Below the pieces are notes generated by a model. It was given only the letters and a program-made list of their open reading frames with translations. It was not told where the DNA came from and searched no databases. Below, in pieces: positions 27,201-39,037 of a stretch of DNA of 64,000 bases. This stretch comes from Tricharina praecox (lineage: Eukaryota), in the NCBI RefSeq assembly GCF_024521635.1, contig NW_026250426.1, positions 124,001 through 188,000 on the forward strand. The letters run 5' to 3'. The translations under genes and the position numbers were made by a program. Each line of letters starts with the position of its first letter. The first letter of the stretch is position 1.

Positions 27201-28652
27201 CGGCAGAGTACCGTAGCGGGAGTGGAGTTTGCGAGGGATCCGGATGGTTTCGTCGGGTCCGTGAGATCCTTGCTCGTTCGGTTCGCGAGGCGGAGTGGGG
27301 GCTCATGAAGCGTCATTCGACGTCTCGACGTCGCGGACGGGGAGAGCTAGGTTACAAGGGGTGGGGCCGGGGGGAGGGGGCGGGGCAGGAGCCGGGGACT
27401 CGATGCCGAAGTGACGTCTCCGAGTCTGAGAGCGGGAGGTAATGGTTCGCCCCGAAGTTCGAACTGCAGTCTGTGCGGGTATCGGCGGACCACTACCGCC
27501 TGCTCGGCTCGGAGGCCGAGGCTGGAACGGCTTTGGAGCTGCGGAATCCACTGCGGGATACCGAGAGAGAGAGCTTCCTGTTTTATTTCGCATGTAGCCT
27601 ATCTAGACTATGGCGAAACGGGATATCGATAAGTGGCGCTGACCGACTCGGCCGTGAGAGCAGTGAGTGATGGCCAGTGTAACTATCGCCCCTGGATACC
27701 TACTAAAGTGGTCTTGACGTCTTTTGATAGGGCCACTACCCAGCCACCCCGCGGGAGGGTTCTGACGGCCCATCCTCGGGGAAGCAGCCCCTACATAGAC
27801 TGTAGACTGTAGACACCCATCGCTGTTCCTGGGCCCCGAGCCGATGTATCCTCCAGGCGAGGCTCGCCGCTCTATTTGAGCCGGCAGCGGCAGCAGATGT
27901 CATGCCCCGACTCCGAGAGGGAAGCGAGAGCAGCAAAGCCAGAGGGGACACTTGAGAGGAGGGCAAGTGAGACTGAGAGGAGACGAGAGGGTGGTGGCGG
28001 CAGCAGTACTGAACTGGAGAGAAGGGTACCTAGATGGGAGGGGTAGATCCGGCGCGACTTCGAGAGTGTCGCGCGTTGATCTGTTTCCTTAGTCAACATA
28101 CCTACACGATAGGTACACTTGTCCGAGCCCAGGCGGAGGGCGCTGCGTGGGAGACGGGGGTTGCCACACCGAGCCAGTAATCTGGACCGTGGACAGGAAA
28201 CGAATAAAACGCACGCCGCTATCCCATGGATCGTAAGTTTAGACTTGGAGTTTTAAAATGACTACGCAAATCTACTCAACCCGGCATATCTCGAAAATTA
28301 GGCCATATAAGCCCAGAGAATTTGTGATGGGGGTTGCTCTTCCACCTCCGGGCTGCAATGTGGTGAGATCTTGAAGTTTCTACCTTTATGGTTGGTTGTG
28401 TAAATGAGACGAGGCATGAGGGACTCTCGCGTTCCGGTGAGCCAAAATTTCAGACAAAAAGCTGGTTGGTTCAGCACAACAACCGTCTTCTACGTCATGT
28501 AACCTCAGAGAGCAAAGATATGGTAGTAGAAGCCATCCAGCGTCACTAGCTTGTCAAAAGACAAAGCACGGATGAAAACATACAGTGACACAGGATGTCA
28601 CTCGCTAGCCGCCCGACATTCACACAAATCACACCCCGCCGTCCCAAAACCA

Positions 28653-28910
28653 AACAGATGGCGAGCTCAATAGGTAGCGCTGTGGGAGAAGATCAAAAAA
28701 GTGACCGGAAAGGAGAAGAGGAAATGGAGCATGGCAGACCTGTTTGAAAATGAGCGCTGCTCGGAAGCAGTACTAGAATACCTGAGGACGACGGACGAGG
28801 GGAAGAAAATCCCAACAATGGAGGAGGCCGGCGCCGGAGAGGGGAGTGACGCATCTGGAGCCGAACAGGAGTGCTCGGCAGGGTTTTGCATTTGCGGAGG
28901 GTGCGGATAA
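28653..28910 (+). mobile_element. Probable 3' end of a 5'-truncated non-LTR (LINE/Tad-like) retrotransposon ORF2
   Basis: Frame reads NRWRAQ*VALWEKIKKVTGKEKRKWSMADLFENERCSEAVLEYLRTTDEGK, which I recognise from memory as resembling the segment after the zinc knuckle of fungal LINE ORF2. In-frame TAG at 28671; T-rich tract downstream near 29067-29090. Confidence 0.6.
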
Positions 28911-29095
28911 TGAGTGTGAGCATGGTTTTTCTTTGTAAAAATTGGTTGGTAAGCAGCGGCGCAGCAACGGGCCGTAGAGGAGGAGGAAGCTTCCGAGGGA
29001 TGCGACGGCGTGGGTTGAGGACTCGCGGAGGGGGAGGGGTATGGGCGAGCCCAGGGAGCGGACGGTGTTTTTTTCTTAATGTTTTTTTTTGGTGA

Positions 29096-29599
29096 GGATA
29101 CGGATTAATATGGGTGGATGTGGGAGGATGCGGATTGATATGGGAGGATATGGATTCATATGGATTAATATGGGAGGATATGAGTGGATGTGGGAGGATA
29201 TGGGAAAATGCGGATTGATATGGGTGGATATGGATTGATATGGTATTCATGAGCGGATATGGTATTCATGGGTGGATATGATTTGATATGGATTGATATG
29301 GATTGATATGGGAGGATATGAGTAGATATGGGAGGATATGGGAAAATGGGGATTGATATGGGAGGATATGGATTGATATGGGTGGATATAGATTGATATG
29401 GTATTTATGGATTGATGTGGGAGGATACGGATTGATATGGTATTTATGGATTGATATGGGAGGATATGGGCGGATATGGTAATTATGGGTTGATATGGCT
29501 GGATATGAATTGATATGGAATTTGTGGGTAGATATAGGAGGATTTGGATTGATATGGATTGATATAGTATTCATGGGCGGATATGGGAGGATATGGGGG
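29096..29599. repeat. ~500-bp minisatellite of variant 10-11-bp units (GGATTGATAT / GGGAGGATAT / GGTATTCAT)
   Basis: Dozens of ATATGG-anchored units; the + strand is almost free of C. Confidence 0.95.
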
Positions 29600-29815
29600 A
29601 GAGTCTAGTGCGTGAGGAAAGTTAAAGTTGAGAAGTGCGGCGAGACCAAATGGCGAGTGATAGGTTTGGCCGGTGCAGGTATGAGGCTCGAATACCACAA
29701 ATTAGCTTTGACCTCAAAATCATTTTCTTCCTTTCCTCTACATACCACCTTCATCACAGCCAGAGACAGCCAAGATTCCACGATAACAAAAATTCTCTGA
29801 AACTCCAACAGCTAC

Positions 29816-31170
29816 CATGACCTCGACCCCTCAACCTACAATATCAGATGATCTACTCATCCGTCGACAACAGCCTCCAAGACCGAAACGATCTTGCCCG
29901 TATCTAGTAAGTCCTCAAGGAGAAGTATAATACGCCTGCATCACGTTCCGGCCGCATCTACAGGCTCCGATACTTCCACACCCCCGTTATGAAGGAAGAT
30001 ACCTCTGTCACCGTTTACATTCCCAGACTCATCGATATCCGTCAAGAACTGGCTGGATCTGATGAAGAGCCTCTCGGTTATCAAGATGTCGACACGATTA
30101 CCACCGCGCTAATAGAGCACGAAATGTCGATTGTACTACGGAACGCCCAAGTCGGTGCAAGCCCCAACAGAGCCAACGCGAGTGGCACCCTCAGCCAGTA
30201 TCACATCGGGGACCCCTACATCCGCAAGCGGCACCCTCGACCAGTACCTTGTCGGCGAGCACTTCGAGGCCCACATCCAGAAACCAATGGAAACGGTTTG
30301 CTCGATATGCATCATGGCAAAAGGCAAGCCGATGAGATATCGCATGCGAGCACCCCACGGTCGGCACAGATGTGCGCGTACTCATGGAAGGCATGCCGAT
30401 GAGATTTCGGATGCTAGGGCAATGGAGCGCCAATCCGAGAGATACGATCTCCTCGGAACAGACCGAGAGCGGTCGGCCATCGGATCTGGGTGGAAGAGGA
30501 TTCTTTGGCAAATCCGGTGTTCTACCGGAAAGGCATTGCGCACCCGATGATCGGCCTAAACTGGCCTGATGCAATGATGCTCGGCCTGAGTGGTCTGATG
30601 CAGTGAAGCTCGGCCCGAGGAGGTCTAATGCAGTGATGCTCTACTGGAAGCAGTCTGATGCGGTTGACGAGAACTCCGGCTCTGGCCGAGAACTCTACAT
30701 GGGACTATGTTCAGCCAGAAGACAGTCCGGCCAGTGTCATTCCCATCAGTTCCAAATGGGTCTTCAAGACCAAGGAACTTCACGGAGGTGGGATAAGATA
30801 CATCGCAAGGCTTGTCATCCGTGGCTTTTGAGCAGCAAGCAGGCATCACTTTGGATGAGACCTTTGCTTCGGTGGAAAGCCTGCGAATGCTGCCACTCGC
30901 GCTGGCCGCCCACCCGTAACCGGGAAGTGGATCAGATGGACGTCGCCACTGTTTTTCTGCAAACTCTGAAAGTCTTTGTATGGATTGAAGCAAGCTCCCC
31001 GCCTTTGGTATCAGCATATTGACGAGTTCCTCAGATCTCTTGGCCATTGCCGGTACGAGTATTATGACCCGAATGTCTATATTAGTTTTCAAGACGATGC
31101 ACCACCGATAATCCTACTCCCATACGACGACGATATCGGATGCTTCCTCAGAATTGAAATTGAGTGAGAC
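29816..31170 (+). mobile_element. Heavily deleted, degenerate Ty1/copia LTR retrotransposon relic (gag, integrase and RT fragments)
   Basis: Gag-like VLKEKYN...FHTPVMKEDTSVTVYIPRLIDIRQELAGSDEE; VCSICIMAK (pre-integrase CxxC); RT motifs KWVFKTK...YIARLVIRGF, QMDVATVFL, LYGLKQAPRLWY and LLPYDDDI. Domain order integrase-before-RT is copia-type. Stops and frameshifts present. Confidence 0.88.
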
Positions 31171-31909
31171 CGGCCAGACCGAACCCGATGCATCCCACAG
31201 CGTGCTACCTAGAAGCTCTTGGCAACCTATGGCCTCTCCAACTATAATGTTCACCGGACTCCACAGCCCACCGGAAGCATATCCATGGCATAGGCCTCAG
31301 GTGTTGGTGCTAGTCGGAATACAGGGGAAGTGGATTCGGTGGAAGCTCCTGCCAGTGAAGCACGTGGCAAGTGTTTGGAATGTGCTTCTTCTTTTCGTAT
31401 TTTCATCTCGTTGGAGGATGCACTCTTTCTCCTATGTCCGTGGTTTTACCATGAGGTTTTTTACACGGTTAAGAGTTTTAACGAGGCATCCGAAGATTCT
31501 GGTTACTTCATGACAAGCTTGCTTTTCTGTCCAATGATTTATTGGGACTATTGTTTTTTCATTGTTCCTATCTATTCTTGCCGCTCCTCCTTCTCCGTTC
31601 GAGGGGAAGTGTCAAACTTTGGACGCCCGGAGATTTTGGCACGAATAAGGTTCTGCGACGGGCGGTCGAGACCCAGTGCTGTCGGGGGCGAGGAACCGCA
31701 GGGTTGGTTAGTCTGGATCATGGAAAGCACTCGGACACGACCGAACTGAGTACCGGTATCGTAATAATTCGGTTCCACTCCGTCCACTTTCCGCAGTGGG
31801 ACCATTCTTTCAAGAGAAGTATTTGATGGAACATCAAGTATTGGGGGCACCGATACTTCATAGCCGTCGCCGTGGCTGAGGACTATGAATCATGGACACG
31901 GGAAGCAGC

Positions 31910-32307
31910 CAGTGTTCTCCATCGTCCGGTCCGTCCGTCCTGGGCCTCGGACGAGGACGGACGGCGTGCCTCCCGTCCGTCCGAGCCTGGGACGCGACAG
32001 CCAAAGTTTTCTCAGCGGACGGCCTTCCACGGCCGTCCGGCAAGCCTTGGGTAACAACCTGATTTCGGGCGTGCACCTTGGATGGCCGAGTGAGAATACT
32101 ACTACTTTTCACAGATTGTGGAGCGGTGAGGGATGAACTGGCGCGGTGGTGTGTAGGATATCGATGCTAAGAAATCAGCAATCAGCCGAATCATATTCAC
32201 GTGACTTGGACGGTCGTCCTCCACCGTCGGACGGGGACCGGCCCGTCTGTCCCAGGCTCGGACCTTCCGGAATTTTGGCCGTTCGGACCGGACGATGGAG
32301 GACACTG
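31910..32307. mobile_element. 398-bp non-autonomous hAT-type element (MITE) with 24-bp terminal inverted repeats and an 8-bp target-site duplication
   Basis: Left end CAGTGTTCTCCATCGTCCGGTCCG; right end CGGACCGGACGATGGAGGACACTG (one mismatch). GAAGCAGC flanks both sides (31902-31909 and 32308-32315). Internal inverted CCGAGCCTGGGAC/GTCCCAGGCTCGG. Confidence 0.92.
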
Positions 32308-32315
32308 GAAGCAGC

Positions 32316-33490
32316 CGTGGATCGAGAGTGCCGACTGTAGTCGATTAAGAAGCCGATGTCGTTCTCTCGCACAGCGGCCAGAGCAACAACATTTGGCCAA
32401 TGGCGCATGCATCTCACTCATGCAAGGCCAGGAGGTAAGACCTTTGCGCTGAAAGGAAGACGACCTCCGCGCATAACATGGGGGGGGTAGTAAACCACGT
32501 TATACGCGTATAAATTGGGGCGGTAGTAGACCAAGTTATACTTCTTTGGTTTTTTATTTGCTCGTCCGAAACCGTCTGTAGCCCGGTTTCGGAGAGGCCA
32601 TCCACCGGGAGCAAGTCGGCTCTCACCCGACTTGGACCCCCGGAGGAAGGGGGAAAGAACTTCGCCGGCAGCAGAAGAGAAAACCCCATCCTTGGACCTT
32701 TTCTGCTCAGCCTCGAGAGTTGGATCCGTCTATTGTTGCTGCAACAGTCTACTTTGTAGACCGGTTGCACGGATCCCTCAGTTCCTCGCTGCTACAGCTG
32801 AGCAGGATAGCCCTGTAAGGTTATCCTGGAAGTAAAAGTGGGAAGGGAGAGGACTTACCTTGAGGTTTGATCTCGAGATCAGGTGGAAGGGAAGAAGGAA
32901 GGAAGGGAGGAAGGGAGGAAGGTGAATGAAGGAAGGAAGGCGAACTTTGGTCGACGAAGAAAAGAAGCTGTGATGGCTGTAAAGGGAAGGAGAGAATGAG
33001 GAGCAGAAGGGGGGAGGTGGTTTTTGTAGGTGATTTAGGAGCCGCCAGGTTCCAAGCTGGTTTTCGCCGCCGCCAGACGGCTAGGCCCCACCAAAACTTG
33101 CTCATCAGATGGAACTAGCGAGCAAACGTGACGCCAATCGTCGAAGTCCCGCCAAACCGCTAGACCCCACCAAAACGTACCAGATAAATGAGTGAGCAAA
33201 CGTGATGCGCCACTCGCTAGGGAGCGGCCGAACTAATCACTGCCACGGCTCATAACCGCCCACTGCAAGTGCTCGTACACAAATTCACTGTCGTTCTCTC
33301 GCGCAGCGGCCAGAGCAGCAACACTTCGCAGCTATGATCTGCGACGAGGAGCTGGCAGGGACATGGGACGCAGCCGTGGATGAGTGTGTAGTCCATTAAG
33401 CCGATATCATCCTCTCGCACAGCGGCCAGAGCAACGATATTTGACTTCAGTCATTTCCCTCACCAATGATCAGGAGGAAAGACCTTCGAC
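32316..33490. repeat. Local dispersed duplications: three copies of CTCTCGC(A/G)CAGCGGCCAGAGCA and two ~75-bp CCCCACCAAAAC...GAGCAAACGTGA units
   Basis: Copies near 32364, 33296 and 33412; tandem units at about 33080-33205. Confidence 0.8.
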
Positions 33491-34539
33491 TTCCCCCAGC
33501 AAAGGATCAAACCCTCCGCGTATTATACCTCTAATATGGTTTAAGATACCATTATTACTCGATTTGTCTCTTAGCCAGCTTGCTGGAATCCCCTGGTATC
33601 ACTCGTTCCAAGTGGACTACCACCCTAATGGTCCCCCGTCCTGCGCGAATGAAGCTCGGGGCAGGGGCGTCTAGATTACTCTATGTGACCGTCTTCATTG
33701 GTGGAAACAGGGACACCGGGCTGTAGAAGGCACGCACACTAAAGAATGGCGCAGTGGAGTCGCGGCGGGACGAGGAGCGGGCACGTAGGTAAATATGTAG
33801 GCCCGTTTCGGTCTTTACGAGTGTATCCATCTTTTTGCTTGCGACGACGACTCAGGGGGCCGCTTCCACGGGCTTGTCAGCAGGACGGCGGAAAGGAGAG
33901 AGAGAGAGAGAGAGAGAATCAATTTAGCGTTGCATACGGCGTGTCTAAACCCCGGTGACCTCCATTCCGACCTTTCCTCCCGGCTTCCCGGGGTAGGGAG
34001 AGAGCCCCAGACGGCAGACAGGATAGTACCCGGTTGAAATATGCCATGGTTAGATGTGTCGAATGCATTATGATGAACAAGTGACAGAAACTGCAGATCG
34101 CCCGACGTCGCACGGACTATCTATATATCGGAGTATCAGTGTGCCCGAGGACGGATAGACGGCTTCCATCCACAGGAGACGACGTGATCACAGCATACAA
34201 ACCCGGCGAATAACCCCAGGCACATACTCATGATCCAGCATTTTCCAGCGCTGCCACCTTCTTATCGGGGAACTTTGGTTTATAACTCCGCGTCGCCGTA
34301 CCCCGCGATTAGTGATCGCTCGCCCAACGAATAGAGTGCGAAAGCACCGACCTCCGTGATACTGCTGCAGCGGGGATCCTGCGGGAGTCGTCCCGTACGC
34401 ACGCACCCTGTTCATGTCGGTTGCACGGAAATCAACACTTTCCTGCTTCATGCGGAATTCCTTCTCGCCTGCAACCGTGTGTATGTGGAGAGATGTGTTT
34501 TTTGTCTATCGGCTCGCTGGTTGGATGGGTGGAAATAGA

Positions 34540-35920
34540 TCATGTAGAATTCGATTCTAATTCCTCCTGCTTCTCTTCCACCGGTGCAACATCTTCCGCC
34601 AGCGGTACAGCCGGCTTGACGCTGCCCCTCCTCGCGCTCTCCATCAAGCTCCCGATCCCCAAGCTGCCTCTCCTCCCGATCCCACTCCCGAGCTCACTCG
34701 ACATAATCCCACCGCGCCTCTGCCCTCTATTCGCCTCGAAGACGTATCCGCCTCCCTCACGGGGGGTATCACTGCTGCCGCCAGACGATTTGTACCCAGT
34801 GTCCTTGATGATCCTGTACAGAACCGGAGCATTGGCGACGATGCACGAGGCTAGGATTTCGAAATTCGCAAACTGCGTGCCACAATCACCACCGATCAAC
34901 TGGGAGTTCGACCGCGTAGGCGGAACTTGGAAGGGAGAGGGGATTAAATACCAATGTCCGCCACTGCTGCAGCGCCTGGTTCCGCACCACGAAGGGTAGC
35001 CGGATGATGGTGATGATCATGACGAAGACGCCAAGGGAGAAGAGCGTGGCGATCTGGATCTTGGTGCGTAGCGGTAGGTTGAGACGTAGGATTATGGGAA
35101 GGATGAAGCCTAGTAGCAGCAGGTCGGTTGTGAGGTTGCAGGCGCCGGTCGTGTAGAGTTGTATCTCGGAGGTGGTGCAATGGTCTTGGGAGGGGATATT
35201 AGAGTGGTGGAATGGATGGGAAAGGGACGAGGCGGAACTTACGGCTGGGTGAAGGGAGGACTTGCCCTGATATTTCCTACGTATCAGTGATATCCACTCT
35301 GGTTGGGATCGCTGGCTGGGGAAAGTAAGTACTCACAGTATCTACGATCATCAGTTAGCCCACGCTCACGCACACTCTTGCTGGAAGGAGCACCTACCGT
35401 CGAAACGGCCTACACTCCAAAAACGTACTCAAGATAGCAGCCACAAATGTTGCGGCCAACACTACCCACAGCGGCTTGATGAACCTCTCATACTGCCTCA
35501 ATTGCACCACAATCCTGCCATAAAACGCGAGCACGCAGAATTTCATGCACCAAATGAAGACGGCATAGCACGCTGCCCATCGCCATCAGCCCTCCACATC
35601 ACCATCGCAGAATAAGAAGCAGGGAGATGATGCTCACCCCGCACAACAATGACAATTTTGCTCCCAAACTCCCGCCTCCCGATTTCCCCCTCGGACATGA
35701 CCTCCTGGCCACTCCCAAAGTTGTTGGTGCGATTATTGAGCACTATCGGCGTAGCCACCGCGCGGACGATGAGGACGCAAAGCGCAAAAGCCATCCAGTA
35801 GTCGTCTGTCCGCCATCGGTGGGTCCGTGTATATGTTGCGAACAGGCGCAGGGGCATCAACAAGAAGCAGATGGCGTAGACGACGTAGGCCACAACGAGG
35901 GTTGTCGTGTCGGCTAGCAT
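34540..35920 (-). CDS. PTH11-like integral membrane receptor (fungal rhodopsin-domain family, no CFEM domain), multi-exon
   Basis: Spliced protein has family motifs LRLF...WRTDDYW, WCMKFCVLAFYGRI, ECRPFRRYWQVLP...C, NLTTDLLLL..LPII.RLNLPLRTK...LFSLGVF...IIR and EILASCIVANAPVL, with multiple hydrophobic helices. Confidence 0.88.
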
Positions 35921-36557
35921 CTCATCGGTGGCATGGCAGTAGGTAGAGGCCTGGAGCCATGGTACTGGGTACTAGTATATATATCAGTGGGAAACTGCGC
36001 TGAACATAAGCATACCGCCCGCTTACGGGGGAATATGAGTGCACGGTGAGTGGGAGGACTGATCGGTCAACTGGTATGACTGGACGGAGCTTGTCCTGCG
36101 AGATTGATTGGTGTTGACTGTTGAGTAAACATGCACAGCACTCGGCATGGAATGTAACCAAGTACCGTAGTTGCTCGTCATAGAGTGAATGTGCAACTGG
36201 AAACCCTAAACGAACCACGGCGTCATGTCTGCATCGAAAACTACCGGCCGATTGCTAGATCAATATGCCGCCGCTGTAGGCGATTTCTTATTACATGCCT
36301 TCCTGGGATGAGGTTAACGCCGATCTTCCGCTCAGGCGAGTACCTACTCTAGAGTAGATGGCCTTTGTTCGGTCCGCCAGGACTGTCTCCGCCGGAGGGT
36401 AAATGAGAACATCACTATCAACCGGGATTCAATTCATGAGTAACCACGGAAAGAAGAAGCGAGGCATCAGAGTAATCAATCATGATAATTCACCGCCTCC
36501 ATAATAGCCATAGCCACCCACCGCCACGTCCTGCTTCCACATTATTCCACCTCCGCC

Positions 36558-39037
36558 TCAAACCCCACTACCATCCTGAAAGATCGTCACATTCGTCCTG
36601 TAATCCCTCCAGGTCATGCAAGTATCCTCGAGCTGCTGCGGGTTCCTAATGGTCTTCCTGATCTCACCTTGACGCTCCAGCAGCTGCAGTGCCAGCCCCG
36701 AGGAGGCGTGCCAAGCGATGTGGCAGTGCATCAGCCATACACCGGCTGCAACGGGTTGGTTAGCATAAGAAGACGTGTTTGCAGCGGAGGGCGGAGTTAT
36801 GTACGGTTATCAGTGCGGAACGCGATCCCGAGATAACCATCCGCGTCGAGGAGGGCGACATCGCGGCGGACAGGATTATTGAGGTTTAGCGTCGGCCGGG
36901 GGTCTATGGTGTCCCATTCGCCTTTACCTTGAGCGAGGATTGCAAAGTCGTGGCCATGCAGCTGGAGATGTTAGCTGTGGCTCTTGGGGGGGAAGCGGTG
37001 GTATAATGATGACGAATGCTTACATGAATTGGGTGTGCTACGGTAATGTGACCTGACCTGGGGAATATTCCTACATACATAACCTCGGGTCAGTGTGTCT
37101 TCCAACACCCCCGGATCCCATTTACATATGTACATACCTTGAATGATGAAATACACCCATTGCCAGCTATCATGATCCTCCACGATAACGTCATACTCTG
37201 GATTCCACGTGCGATTATCGAGGTTTATAATCGCCGGATTCCCCCAATCCAGCCACAGCGGTTTGCCACCTACCTGCTAGCGAGTGAAGTTCCCATGGTC
37301 CGGCTCTTTAACTATTGCCACATCTAGTGATTGGGTGTCCGCGGGTCTGCTACCGACTGTCCATGGAACTATTGGATGCATATTCTCCGCAGGCTCGTCT
37401 GGACATTCGGATAGGATGCCGCCTTGCCAGGGCTTAGAGGTAGGGTTGGATGTGGAGCGTGAGTTATACCGCAGGATGCCGTAGGTTGGAAAGATATCCG
37501 GAGCAATTTGGCCGCATCCTTTGAGCGGGACGGTGCGGATCCAGAAGTTGTTGTTGGAGGGGGCTATTGGAAAGGGGTCGGTGGAGTTGGGGTTTGCAGT
37601 GACCACGATGGTGTAGCGTTGACCTATCTTCTCAGACAATTCTACTACAGCCATCAGGAAGGAAAGAAAACTCACCGATACCAGCGGATATGTACTCCGT
37701 CAGATAAGGCTCAATGGGGACGAAATCAGCCTGGACAACCTGTAGCATGTGATTATCGATGGCGAGGCGGAACTGGGTGGCCGTGGAGGTGTTTACAATA
37801 CGCAGCAGGTATTTCTTTCACTTCTTGAAGACGGTTTCGTAGCGGGAGCCAGAGCGGCCGGAGTCGTCGGAACAGCCCTTGCTTGGGTCCGTTTCACTCC
37901 CGAAGCAAAAGAAGATTGCTGTTCTAGTGAGCAGAAGGTGGTAGACTTCGAGAAGCAGACAAACCTTTGCCGTTGAGCATCGTTGCGTTTACTACTTTGT
38001 CCGTAAGACTCAACAATTCCCCGGTCTGGCAGACGAAAAGGTGGGTATGTGGATACCAAGGCGACGGAACGTGCCTTACACTGAAGAGTAAGAATGCACT
38101 TTCGTGAAAGTAATCCGAAATCGTGATCACGCCGACGTCGATATCCCAATTCGCACTCGTCGGACCATGGATCAAAAGCGGGCCTGCAACTATCAGTACA
38201 TACGTGTAACTTTCTCACGGCGGAGTACCTCATCCCAGACGCCATCCGGATACTGCAGGGAGTAATGGCTTCCAATCCATCAGCTGCACGCAAGCACTCA
38301 ACGAGCGAGTCCAACCAACCTATGATACCAACTGTGACCATACTGCGTCGCCTGCCACTCATACGTATATGAGTCCCCCGGCTTGATAGGACACTGAGTA
38401 ACGCCATTGACGCCATCCGCCTCGCTGGTCAATCACTGCCTGATTCCATGCCAGTGAATAGTAGTGCCATTATCTTCCAAGTATCCAGGTGCCGAGAGGT
38501 AGTTCGTGACATGAATCACTAATTCCCCCGCACTTAGCATTCCAAAGATGATGGAAAGACAAACAGACAAGATACAAACCAAGTTTGTCCCCCCAATTAA
38601 CCTCAATCAACGGCCCCGGAAAAGTCCCATTAACCAACTTTCCGATCCTGGTCACCCCATCGGGTGCCATTTCCGTGTAGGTTACGTTGAGCCAGTACTA
38701 TCATCGGCCCGCATCAGCAGCAATCTATACACTCCCCCATAGGGAAACCCGGAAACCCCACCTCTCTCGTAACCCCCTGCGGCCACCGCTGTTCATAATC
38801 CGTAGTGATGAGGAAATCCTCCGCAGGCCCACCGCCTTGAAGCCAGAACCCCCTATTCTTGGGGGAGTTACAGAACGTGAGTCCCGCGGAGCCCGACTAG
38901 TCGTGCGCGAGGGGTTCGACATGGTGTGTCGAGGGAGCGTTGATGATGGGAAGCTGGAGGTGGCCGCCGCTCCCCGACCCCCAGTCGAGGCCGAGGGTAA
39001 GACTTATGGCACTGGTGAGGGACTGTAGGAATCCCAT
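36558..39037 (-). pseudogene. Laccase / multicopper oxidase (AA1) with four in-frame stops and one defective splice donor
   Basis: All four Cu-ligand motifs are present (HWHG, WYHSH, HPIHLHGH, HCHIAWH) and the C-terminus is QDGSGV. Stops: TAG 38897-99, TGA 38433-35, TGA 37818-20, TAG 37277-79. The donor after DGVWG reads ATGAGG instead of GTGAGG. Confidence 0.88.

Noticed and set aside
28693..29574. His/Ile/Pro/Tyr-rich minus-strand ORFs
   Set aside because: Translations of the minisatellite.
29096..29599. Possible CRISPR array or telomeric tract
   Set aside because: No unique spacers, eukaryotic context, and the units are not TTAGGG.
29670..29692. CAGGTATGAGGCTC as a copia primer-binding site with an upstream LTR
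   Set aside because: Only a loose resemblance, and no matching second LTR was found after the RT fragment.
37818..38435. Selenocysteine or alternative-code reading of the laccase TGA codons
   Set aside because: The positions are not Cys-homologous, TAG stops also occur, and neighbouring genes use TGA and TAG as normal stops.
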